DNA of 64,000 nt from an uncultured beta proteobacterium (GTDB lineage Bacteria; Pseudomonadota; Gammaproteobacteria; Burkholderiales; Gallionellaceae): assembly GCA_963813255.1 (NCBI GenBank), contig CAWEYD010000015.1:13486-77485 (forward strand). Direction: 5' to 3'. Below, piece by piece: positions 55,161 to 64,000 of this stretch (its first letter is position 1; each line of letters starts with the position of its first letter). The notes beneath the pieces are model-generated. The model was not told the DNA's origin, ran no database searches, and saw only the letters and a list, made by a program, of their open reading frames with translations. Both the position numbers and the translations under genes were made by a program.

Positions 55161-56057
55161 ATGAAGGCTAAGAATCAATCTGAGCATCTGCACTGGCTGA
55201 TATTCATCGGTATCGTGGGAGTCATCACGTTCGGTGGGTATTTTGTGGTTTACCCGCAGACGCTCTATAAGCCCGGAGAGGAGCTGTTCGATTTTGGCTA
55301 CAACCTCGGCTTGGCTGGTGGGTTGATGATGCTGACATTGCTGCTCTATCCCCTGCGCAAGCGCTGGAAGTTAATGGATAAAGTCGGCCCTCTGCCAGTC
55401 TGGTTCAGGTGGCACATGGTGTTGGGCATCCTGGGTCCGCTGACCATCATTTTTCACTCCACCTATCACGTCTATATCCCGTTCATACACCCGACGGGTT
55501 CCATCAACGCGGCAGTGGCGATGTATTGCATGCTGCTGGTGTCCGGCAGCGGTACCTTCGGACGCTTCTTCTATACCAAGATTCACCATGGCCTTTACGG
55601 CCGCCAGACTACGGTGAACGAACTGCGCTCCGAGATGGAGCAGACCGGCGACGTCAAATCGCTGTTCAACTTCGCGCCGAGCGTGGAGAAGGCGCTGGAA
55701 GAGTTTCGTGCCAAGGCCGAGAAATATTCAAAAGGCACCGGCTACGGCTTCTTGAACTTCATCAAGGTGGGGTTCGAGGCATCGTCGCTCTCGCGCTCCT
55801 TGTCCAAGGAAGTCCATCAGATCATGCATGCCCAGGCGCGCGAGAATAATTTCAATGCGCAGCAGCTGGCGAGCATGGAAACGATGTACAAGGATTATCA
55901 CGAAAAGATCATCGTCTACCTCCGGGCTGTGCGCGATGCCGCGCAGTTCCGCACCTATGAGCGCCTGTTCTCGTGGTGGCACATTTTCCACATTCCGCTG
56001 GTGTACATGATGGTGTTCAGCGCGATCTATCACGTGTATGCCGTGCACGCCTATTAA
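55161..56057 (+). CDS. Inner-membrane protein of PCC3-type cluster (ferric-reductase/cytochrome b-like TM His pairs)
   Basis: Several TMs with WFRWHMVLG..IIFHS and WHIFHIP..IYHV; directly upstream of the multiheme cytochromes. Confidence 0.78.
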   Translation: MKAKNQSEHLHWLIFIGIVGVITFGGYFVVYPQTLYKPGEELFDFGYNLGLAGGLMMLTLLLYPLRKRWKLMDKVGPLPVWFRWHMVLGILGPLTIIFHSTYHVYIPFIHPTGSINAAVAMYCMLLVSGSGTFGRFFYTKIHHGLYGRQTTVNELRSEMEQTGDVKSLFNFAPSVEKALEEFRAKAEKYSKGTGYGFLNFIKVGFEASSLSRSLSKEVHQIMHAQARENNFNAQQLASMETMYKDYHEKIIVYLRAVRDAAQFRTYERLFSWWHIFHIPLVYMMVFSAIYHVYAVHAY

Positions 56058-56073
56058 TTCCAGAATCTAGACT

Positions 56074-57893
56074 ATGGACATGCTTCTTCGTACCTTCGCT
56101 TTCGCCTGCCTCCTGTTTGCGCTTCCCATGGCGGCGCAGGCAAACAAGTTATTGATGCCGGGAGATGTCATCAAGGGGCACGCCAAGGAAGAAGAGGCCT
56201 GCGAGAAGTGCCACAAGAAGTTCGATAAGGCCGCGCAGTCGCGCTTGTGCATGGATTGCCACAAGGAAATCGGCAAGGATGTAGCGGACAAGACCGGATA
56301 TCACGGTCGCATGGAGCAGGGCAAGGAGTGCAAGGAGTGTCACACCGAGCACAAAGGGCGTGATGCCAAGATTGCCGAGTTCGATCATGATAAGTTCGAT
56401 CACAAGCTGACCGACTTTGAACTCAAGAACGGGCACAAAGAAGGGGTAAAGGAAGAACGTAAAGGCCAGAAGGTCAAGTGTGAGAGTTGCCACAAGGCAG
56501 GCAAGAAATTCCGCGAAGCTCCAGGCACTTGCGTTAGCTGCCACAAGAAGGACGACAAGCACAAAGGCGGCCTGGGGGACAATTGCTCCAAATGTCACGT
56601 TGACAAGGGCTGGAAAGAGGTGGAGTTCGATCACGACAAGACGCACTTCCCGCTGCTGGGCAAGCACATCGATGTGAAGTGTGAGAAGTGCCATATCGAC
56701 AACAAGTTCAAGGACACGCCCAAGACCTGCGTCGCCTGCCACAAGAAGGATGATGACAAGGCGCACAAAGGCAAGCTGGGCAATCAGTGCGAGAAGTGCC
56801 ACAGCGAAAAAGACTGGAAGACGACCAAGTTCGATCACGACAAGACCAATTTCCCGCTGCTGGGCAAGCATGAGGAAGTGAAGTGCGACAAGTGCCACAT
56901 CGACAAGAAATACAAGGACACGCCCAAACTGTGCAATTCGTGTCACAAGAAGGAGGACGACAAGGCACACAAGGGTAAATTCGGCACCGAAGTGCGAGAC
57001 TTGCCACTCCGAAAAAGACTGGAAAGAGATCATCTTCGATCACGACGAAGAAGACCAAATTCCCGTTGCTGGGCAAGCACCGTGCGCCTCTGAAATGCGT
57101 GAGCTGCCACAAGGGCGATCTGTATAAAGACAAGCTGCTGATGACTTGCGTGTCTTGTCACAAGAAGGACGACGACAAGGTGCACAAGGGCAATTTCGGG
57201 CTGAAGTGTGAGACCTGCCACGTGGAAAACGAGTGGAAAGAGATCAAGTTCGATCACGGCAAGCAGACCAAGTACCCGTTGCTGGGCAAGCACGCCAAAG
57301 CCAAGTGTGTGTCGTGCCACAAGGGCGATCTGTACAAGGACAAGCTGTCCACTGTCTGCTTCTCCTGCCATGAGAAGGACGACAAGCACAAAGGCCAGGA
57401 AGGCAAGAAGTGCGAGACCTGCCACGTCGAAGAAACCTGGACTAAAGCCGACAAATTCAACCACCAGCGTATGTCGGTGTTCCCCTTGCTGGGGCGTCAC
57501 GCGCTGGTGACGTGCAAGAAGTGCCATGCCGGTCCGACCTTCAAGGATGCGAGCAAGGAGTGCTTCGGTTGCCACGAAAAGGACGACGTGCACAAACGCA
57601 AGCTGGGAACCGAATGCCAGACTTGCCACTCTACGCGTGCATGGCAAGCGTGGGATTTTGACCACAATAAGACTGGGTTCAAGTTGGACGGCGCACACAA
57701 AAAAATAGCCAACAAGTGCTACTATTGCCACAAGAAACCGATGTCCAAGAAGGTCGTGCAATCACCGGCATGCGGTAGCTGCCATGACCGGGATGATGTG
57801 CACAACGGCAGCTTTGGCGATCGATGTGATCGTTGCCACGACGGCGATAACTGGAAGCAAGTGAAGATGGGTGTTATGGTGCCGCGCAAGTAG
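56074..57893 (+). CDS. Periplasmic multiheme cytochrome c, 24 CxxCH motifs (frameshifted near 56985 and 57050)
   Basis: 11 CxxCH in ORF 56074, one (CETCH) in the bridging frame and 12 in ORF 57066; signal peptide; Lys-rich FDHDKT.FPLLGKH repeats. Confidence 0.92.
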
Positions 57894-57941
57894 GTAATCT
57901 GTCAAGCGCCATAGAGAGGCAATCACTAAGGGAGGTGGATC

Positions 57942-59343
57942 ATGAAACGACTAGGACGAGTATTGGGCAACTTGCTTGCCGTAGCGCTAACGGTGTTTTC
58001 GATGCAGACGCTGGCTGAAACTCAGCAGGGTGGGCGCGACTTCAACCACATGACCACCGGCTTCCCGCTTTCCGGCGGACATGCCACCGTCGCATGCGAG
58101 ACTTGCCATATGGGGGGCGTGTTCAAGGGCACTGCCCAGGACTTGCGATGGTTGTCACCAAGCGGGGCAGCGTATCGTAGCTACGCCGAAATCGAACAGC
58201 CACATCGTCACCGATGCACCGTGCGAGACCTGTCACTTCAATACTTCTACATGGCTGGGGGCGCGCTTTAACCACGGAACGGCAAAGGTTGGTCAGTGTT
58301 CCACTTGTCACAACGGGAGGATATCAACCGGCAAGCCAGCACGTACTGCGATTGGCGTGCACCCGGTCACCACGGAGTCGTGCGACAGATGCCACCGCTC
58401 CAGCGCCTGGGTGCCAGCAAGCTGGAATCATAACGGTGTCACCGGGGATTGCTCAGGATGTCACAGAGCAGCGGGTCCGGGGCGTAGCTTTAACGCTCTC
58501 ACGCACATGAGCCAAGCGACCATGTCGGCAATGAACATTGCCACCTGTGGGGCCTGCCACAAGAGCTTCTACTCTTTCCTTGGGGCATACTATGACCACG
58601 CTGGGGCTGTTACTTGCCAGAATTGCCATGGCCCGGTAACTACCTTCGTCGGTGTCGCGAAGATCCAGCAGACGGCGACTGCGCACGCAAATTTTGCCAG
58701 TGCCGGCATTAGTCAGTGCAGTTCCTGCCACAAGAGTTTTGCTCTCGGTAGTTTCCCGTCGGGGAGGTTCGATCATGCGGGGGCGTCTCTTTGCCAGAAT
58801 TGTCACAAAGGCAATCCCGGTTGGGCTGTAGGAATCACCCAGATATCGGCCGCGCGAACGACGGCGCATAACAACTACATGACGGCCGGGATCATCAATT
58901 GCCAGTCCTGCCACAAGAGCACCGTAGCCTGGGCGGGATCGAAGTATGACCACGTTGGGGTTTCGCCAGTCTGCTCAAGCTGCCACAACGGCACTCTTTT
59001 TGTTGGAAAGCCTGCCGGGCATATAGCCACAATTGATGAGTGCAGTCAGTGCCACTACGCGACCTCGGGTTGGTTGCCGGCATTGGGTGCGAAGCCGGCT
59101 AACCACATTCCTTACAATGCAGGAGTGGCGTGCACTAATTGCCATGTGGGGTTGGGCCTGGTTAATGCCGTTACTCTGCACACCTATAGTGTTGCAACTT
59201 ATACCTGTGCTACTTGTCACATCAAGCCGAATGCCTATACGGGTAATAACCAGAAGACCAAGAGTCCGCATGATGGTAGCAGCGGTAACAACTGCACGGG
59301 ATGCCATGAGCATTCAAGCGCTGGTAATTACGGCAAGTGGTAA
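57942..59343 (+). CDS. Multiheme cytochrome c, 16 CxxCH motifs (putative extracellular; frameshifted near 58130)
   Basis: Signal peptide + FNHMTTGFPLSGGH..CETCH, continuing in ORF 58081 with 15 more motifs; Ser/Thr/Gly-rich. Confidence 0.9.
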
Positions 59344-59361
59344 TCGAGTGATGCTTTGATT

Positions 59362-59391
59362 TGGAGGCTGCGTCACGCGGCCTCCATTTTT
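59362..59391 (+). terminator. Intrinsic terminator between cytochrome and porin genes
   Basis: TGGAGGCTGCG-tca-CGCGGCCTCCA followed by TTTTT. Confidence 0.68.
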
Positions 59392-59463
59392 CTGTCAGGG
59401 AATAATTTCTAGCCCGCTTCAGGGGATGGCGGCAGACATATAACGGTAGGTTCAGGAGTTGAG

Positions 59464-61734
59464 ATGAAAGTTACCCTTTTCTTTAAGCGGTATTGGCGCG
59501 CTTGCGGGCTGCTGTTGCTGCCCGCAATTTCAAGTACTGCGGTCGCCCAGCCGCTGGATGACATCAGGCTCGAATATCAGAACCAAGGAGTCGTCGCCAC
59601 TATCAGTCTGACCGGGCCGGTGCAGTATCTGCGGCATTTCCCGGAAAGCCACGGCAAGACGCTGGAGATCTATTACGACCGAGTAATGGATGCGACAAGC
59701 AGCGAAACCTGGTTGGATAACGAGACGCGCAAGTCGCCGCCGTCCGGCCTCATCCCCAGCTTCACGGTAACAACGCGCAATCAGCAGATAAAGTGCGATC
59801 AAGGGTCGCCGCTCGATCAGCAGGCGCAGCACAATCTGCAGGTTCAGCAGGGTAAACTGGGTCAGGAGGTTCAGTTGCCTACATGTGATCAGGCGAGCAA
59901 GCCGAAGTTGGTGATCGAGTTCTCGCGTGAAGCGGAATATAGCGTTTCCCCGGGTAAGGACAATCGCAGCTTGGTGATCACCATTCGTCCAGACAAAAAG
60001 CCGGTGAGCACCGGTCCCTTGCCTTTCCTGCCTACCATCAAGCCCGCAACGGCGGCTGCGGCGGGCGTGGCGTTGACGGCGGATGAGGCAGCGATAGCCG
60101 AGACGAGCACGCAGGCGCGCGACTTGTTGGTACAGGCGCGTGAGGCGTTGGCTGCCAAAAAAGATACTGTAGCGGTAGATACGTTGAACAAATTGCTGTT
60201 GTTGCCTCCCAACGATTTCACTCAGGATGCGCAGGAGTGGGTGGGGGTCGCTCGTGAACGTGCCGGGCAGATCGACAAGGCCAAGACGGAATATGACCTT
60301 TACTTGCGCTTATACCCTGACGGCGATGGTGCCGGACGTGTCGCGCAGCGTATGGCCGGCTTAGGGAAGGTGGCAGCACCCGTTGCGGTTGCGGAGAAGG
60401 GACAGGAAAAGAAGAAGGCTGCCCGTTGGATGTCATTCGGCAGTGTGTCTTCGCGTTACTACTTTGGCAGCAGCAAGATCGACTCGACTTCCACGTTCAA
60501 CAATACGCTCGAAACCCGGTCGTTCTCGATGACGGATCAATCCATGCTCATCAGCACCGTGGATGCGTCCGAGCGTTACGTGAGCGATGAGTATGATGCT
60601 CGCATCGTGTTTCGCGACGTGAACACCAAAAACTTTCTTTCCAGCCAGCCGAGCTTGAACCGAGTGAACGCGGCCTATGGTGAGATAAAGAATCGCAAGC
60701 AGGATTATATGGTGCGCGTTGGGCGTCAGTCGTCAGCAGGGGGCGGAGTGTTGGGGCGTTTCGACGGCGTCTCTGCTTCCTATGGCGATGTACAGGAGTT
60801 GCGTGTCAATGGCGTAGTAGGATCTTTGGCGGACTCTTCGATAGGAACGGCCACCAAACCATTCTTCTTCGGCGCTGGATACGATTTCGGGCCATATTCC
60901 ATCTATGCCATCAATCAAAGTGCGGATGGCGTGCTGGATCGCCGTGCGGTCGGCACCGAGTGGCGCTATTTTGACGATAAAACGACCGCCTTTGCCTTGG
61001 TGGACTACGACACTTATTTCAAGGCGTTGAACGCAGCCCAGTTCATGGGGACGGTAAGTGTGTCGGGCGTTAATTTGAATTTTATGGTGGATCGCCGTAA
61101 AGCGCCTTCTTTGAGTATCCGCAATGCATTGAATGGCGCCTCCACCTCTTCCATAAATGCGTTATTGCAGACCATGTCGGCGAGTAGTCTGAAAGATCTG
61201 GCACTGGCACGTACCGCTACTTCTACCATGGCACAAGCTGGTGTCTCTATTCCTTTCATGCAAAAGTGGCAGATAGGTGGTGATGTGCGGCTGTCCAACA
61301 CGACAGGCTTGGCGGCGAGCGGAACCCACGCTTTGGAAGGCATTTTGGCAGCCACGTCAGGGCGAGGCACGGAAAGAGGTGTTTCCGGAAATATCATCGG
61401 CAACAGCCTGTACAAGGATGGTGATATCTGGTCAGCCAATACATCCTTTACCACCGGCGCCTTAGTCAGCGGTCGCAGCGTCTTTTTCTACAACCATTTC
61501 CCGCTCAAGAGCAATTGGATGATGGACACCTCGCTGCAGCTGTATAGCCAGACCGACCAGTTCGGCGGAACGACCAAGCGCACATCGCCCATGGTGCGTG
61601 GTTCCTATCGCATCAGAGATATGATCACCTTCGATGCCGATGTGGGATACGAGAGCGCCAACTACAACGGCCCCAACCAGAGCGTGAAGACCACTCGCTT
61701 CTTCTATTCAGTCGGATTGCGCGGCGATTTCTGA
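59464..61734 (+). CDS. Outer-membrane porin with N-terminal periplasmic/TPR domain (PCC3-type)
   Basis: Signal peptide, TPR-like helices (A.E..GVARER.G..DKAK.EY..YL..YP), beta-strand-rich C-terminus ending ..YSVGLRGDF. Confidence 0.85.
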   Translation: MKVTLFFKRYWRACGLLLLPAISSTAVAQPLDDIRLEYQNQGVVATISLTGPVQYLRHFPESHGKTLEIYYDRVMDATSSETWLDNETRKSPPSGLIPSFTVTTRNQQIKCDQGSPLDQQAQHNLQVQQGKLGQEVQLPTCDQASKPKLVIEFSREAEYSVSPGKDNRSLVITIRPDKKPVSTGPLPFLPTIKPATAAAAGVALTADEAAIAETSTQARDLLVQAREALAAKKDTVAVDTLNKLLLLPPNDFTQDAQEWVGVARERAGQIDKAKTEYDLYLRLYPDGDGAGRVAQRMAGLGKVAAPVAVAEKGQEKKKAARWMSFGSVSSRYYFGSSKIDSTSTFNNTLETRSFSMTDQSMLISTVDASERYVSDEYDARIVFRDVNTKNFLSSQPSLNRVNAAYGEIKNRKQDYMVRVGRQSSAGGGVLGRFDGVSASYGDVQELRVNGVVGSLADSSIGTATKPFFFGAGYDFGPYSIYAINQSADGVLDRRAVGTEWRYFDDKTTAFALVDYDTYFKALNAAQFMGTVSVSGVNLNFMVDRRKAPSLSIRNALNGASTSSINALLQTMSASSLKDLALARTATSTMAQAGVSIPFMQKWQIGGDVRLSNTTGLAASGTHALEGILAATSGRGTERGVSGNIIGNSLYKDGDIWSANTSFTTGALVSGRSVFFYNHFPLKSNWMMDTSLQLYSQTDQFGGTTKRTSPMVRGSYRIRDMITFDADVGYESANYNGPNQSVKTTRFFYSVGLRGDF

Positions 61735-61756
61735 TTCGCTTTGTTGCCCAAGTTTG

Positions 61757-61789
61757 ACGGGGTCATCGGTTAATTCCCGATGACCCCGT
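61757..61789. terminator. Strong hairpin after porin gene
   Basis: 13-bp perfect stem ACGGGGTCATCGG / CCGATGACCCCGT. Confidence 0.6.
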
Positions 61790-61857
61790 TGTATATAGAT
61801 ACAGCGTATTTGTTGGCAGTCTGGTAAATTCCACTCATTCCAAACTAAGTGTTCGTC

Positions 61858-63027
61858 ATGAAAATTCACGAGTATCAGGGAAAAGAAATCTTGCGCGAAT
61901 TTGGCGTGCCGACGCCCCGCGGAATGGCGTGTTTCAGCGTCGAGGAGGCGGTTGCCACAGCGCAGCAGCTGGGCGGCAGGGTCTGGGTGGTGAAGGCGCA
62001 GATCCATGCGGGTGGTCGCGGCAAAGGCGGCGGCGTGAAGGTGGCGAAGTCGCTCGACGAAGTGCGCCAGTACGCGCAACAGATTCTCGGCATGCAGTTG
62101 GTCACGCATCAGACCGGGCCGGAGGGGCAGAAGGTGCGCCGCCTGCTGATCGAAGAGGGCGCGCAGATTGTCAAAGAGTTCTACGTCGGCATGGTGGTGG
62201 ACCGCGGCTCGCAGCGTGTCGCCCTGCTGGCTTCCAGCGAAGGCGGCATGGAGATCGAAGAGGTCGCCAAGCATACGCCTGAGAAGATACGCACCGTGCG
62301 TGTCAATCCTGCAACTGGGCTGACGGCGGAGGAAGCATCGCAGGCCGCGTGTGCCATCGGCATCCCCGATGCCGCGAGCGCGGAGGCGGTCAAAGTGCTG
62401 CAAGGCCTGTACCGCGCCTTTGTCGAGAAAGATGCGATGCTGGCCGAAATCAATCCCCTGATTCTGACGGCAGACAATCGCGTGGTGGCACTGGATGCGA
62501 AATTCAATTTCGATTCCAACGCGCTATACCGTCATCCCGAGATTGTGGCGTATCGCGATCTGGACGAAGAAGACCCGGCAGAGATCGAGGCGTCGAAGTT
62601 CGAGCTGAGCTACATCCAACTCGATGGCGACATCGGCTGTCTGGTGAATGGCGCTGGCTTGGCAATGGCGACCATGGACATCATCAAGCTGTATGGCGGC
62701 AGCCCGGCTAACTTCCTCGACGTGGGCGGCGGCGCATCCAAAGAGAAGGTGACCGAGGCATTCAAGCTGATGCTGAAGAACCCTCACCTCAAGGCGATCC
62801 TGGTCAATATCTTCGGCGGCATCATGAAATGCGACGTGATCGCCGAAGGCGTGGTCGCGGCGGCGCGCGAAGTGAGCCTGAACGTGCCGCTGGTGGTGCG
62901 TCTGGAAGGTACCAACGTCGAACTCGGCAAGAAGATACTGGCGGAATCCGGCTTGCCTATCATCTCCGGCAATGACATGGCGGACGCGGCACAAAGAGTT
63001 GTTGCGGCAGCGAAGGGGGCGAAATGA
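61858..63027 (+). CDS. sucC: Succinyl-CoA synthetase beta subunit
   Basis: [40 protein letters not shown]. Confidence 0.98.
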   Translation: MKIHEYQGKEILREFGVPTPRGMACFSVEEAVATAQQLGGRVWVVKAQIHAGGRGKGGGVKVAKSLDEVRQYAQQILGMQLVTHQTGPEGQKVRRLLIEEGAQIVKEFYVGMVVDRGSQRVALLASSEGGMEIEEVAKHTPEKIRTVRVNPATGLTAEEASQAACAIGIPDAASAEAVKVLQGLYRAFVEKDAMLAEINPLILTADNRVVALDAKFNFDSNALYRHPEIVAYRDLDEEDPAEIEASKFELSYIQLDGDIGCLVNGAGLAMATMDIIKLYGGSPANFLDVGGGASKEKVTEAFKLMLKNPHLKAILVNIFGGIMKCDVIAEGVVAAAREVSLNVPLVVRLEGTNVELGKKILAESGLPIISGNDMADAAQRVVAAAKGAK

Positions 63028-63905
63028 GCATCCTCATCAACAAAGACACCAAAGTCATCACGCAAGGCATGACCGGCAAGGTCGGCCAGTTCCACACGTT
63101 TCACTGCAAGCAATACGCGAATGGCGCGAACTGTTTCGTTGCTGGCGTGAATCCGAAGAAGGCGGGCGAAGAGTTCGAAGGTATTCCGGTATATGCCTCG
63201 GTGCGCGATGCGAAACAGGCGACCGGCGCGACCGTGTCGGTGATCTACGTGCCGCCGTCAGGTGCGGCTGCGGCTATCGACGAGGCGGTGGATGCCGATC
63301 TCGATCTGGTGATCTGTATTACCGAAGGCATTCCGGTGCACGACATGATCAGGACGCGCTACAAGATGCAAGGCAAGCGCACGCTGCTCATCGGGCCGAA
63401 CTGCCCTGGTCTCATCACGCCGGACGAGATCAAGATCGGCATCATGCCCGGCCACATCCACAAGAAGGGGCGCATCGGTGTGGTGTCGCGCTCCGGCACG
63501 CTGACTTATGAAGCAGTGGGGCAGCTCACTGCGTTGGGCTACGGGCAATCCTCCTGTGTCGGCATCGGCGGTGACCCGATCAATGGCCTCAAACATATCG
63601 ATGTAATGAAGCTGTTCAACGACGATCCCGAGACCGATGCAGTGATCATGGTCGGCGAGATCGGTGGCAGCGACGAGGAAGAATGCGCGCGCTGGATCAA
63701 GGCCAACATGCAGAAGCCGGTGGTCGGTTTCATCGCGGGTGTCACCGCGCCGGAAGGCAAGCGCATGGGCCACGCCGGGGCGATCATCTCCGGCGGGCAG
63801 GGTGGTGCCAACGAGAAGCTGGCAGTGATGGAAGAATGCGGCATCCATATCACGCGCAATCCAGCGGAGATGGGGCGCACGATGCAGAAAATTTTGAAGG
63901 GATAA
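63024..63905 (+). CDS. sucD: Succinyl-CoA synthetase alpha subunit
   Basis: [21 protein letters not shown]. Confidence 0.98.
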   Translation: MSILINKDTKVITQGMTGKVGQFHTFHCKQYANGANCFVAGVNPKKAGEEFEGIPVYASVRDAKQATGATVSVIYVPPSGAAAAIDEAVDADLDLVICITEGIPVHDMIRTRYKMQGKRTLLIGPNCPGLITPDEIKIGIMPGHIHKKGRIGVVSRSGTLTYEAVGQLTALGYGQSSCVGIGGDPINGLKHIDVMKLFNDDPETDAVIMVGEIGGSDEEECARWIKANMQKPVVGFIAGVTAPEGKRMGHAGAIISGGQGGANEKLAVMEECGIHITRNPAEMGRTMQKILKG

Positions 63906-63909
63906 GCTG

Positions 63910-64000
63910 ATGCTGGAAATGTTGTCGAGCGCCCAGTTCTGGGTGGATGTATTCAAGATCATCATGATCGACTTGCTGCTGTCCGGCGACAACGCGGTGG
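63910..64000 (+). CDS. TerC/YjbE family membrane protein, truncated by window edge
   Basis: MLEMLSSAQFWVDVFKIIMIDLLLSGDNAV contains the TerC family LSGDNA motif. Confidence 0.85.
   Translation, partial: MLEMLSSAQFWVDVFKIIMIDLLLSGDNAV

Noticed and set aside
56400-57450. Regular DNA repeats resembling a CRISPR or tandem array
   Set aside because: They are in-frame heme-module repeats inside a coding sequence with no unique spacers. No cas genes are in the window.
52910-61734. tRNA-anchored genomic island or prophage
   Set aside because: No integrase, transposase, phage genes or att duplication seen.

Overview
Betaproteobacterial chromosomal window with high GC. Gene content suggests Gallionellaceae/Sideroxydans-like, which is an inference only. 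Housekeeping blocks: cyaY-lptM-lysA, RND pump, mgtE/corA, mtgA-aroE, RNase II, yebC-ruvCAB-ybgC-tolQRAB-pal-cpoB-queEC, three tRNAs and sucCD. Two large accessory envelope loci interrupt them. (1) At 14.3-30.1 kb lies a six-gene secreted DUF11/isopeptide-domain operon behind an IHF + sigma54 promoter. Its domain ends suggest a sortase-independent fibre built by donor-strand complementation and probably covalently cross-linked. The predicted parts are a tip adhesin, shaft subunits, an outer-membrane beta-barrel anchor, a non-crosslinking chaperone-like subunit and an OmpA protein. This is the best candidate for an undescribed system. (2) At 53.6-61.7 kb lies a PCC3-type porin-multiheme cytochrome cluster (24 + 16 CxxCH motifs) with a divergent ferredoxin-flavoprotein. 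Other oddities are a CyaY-aspartic protease fusion in tandem with canonical cyaY and a CorA carrying an MgtE-like N-terminal domain. Many long genes have single-base frameshifts that look like long-read assembly errors; they are annotated here as single reconstructed genes.
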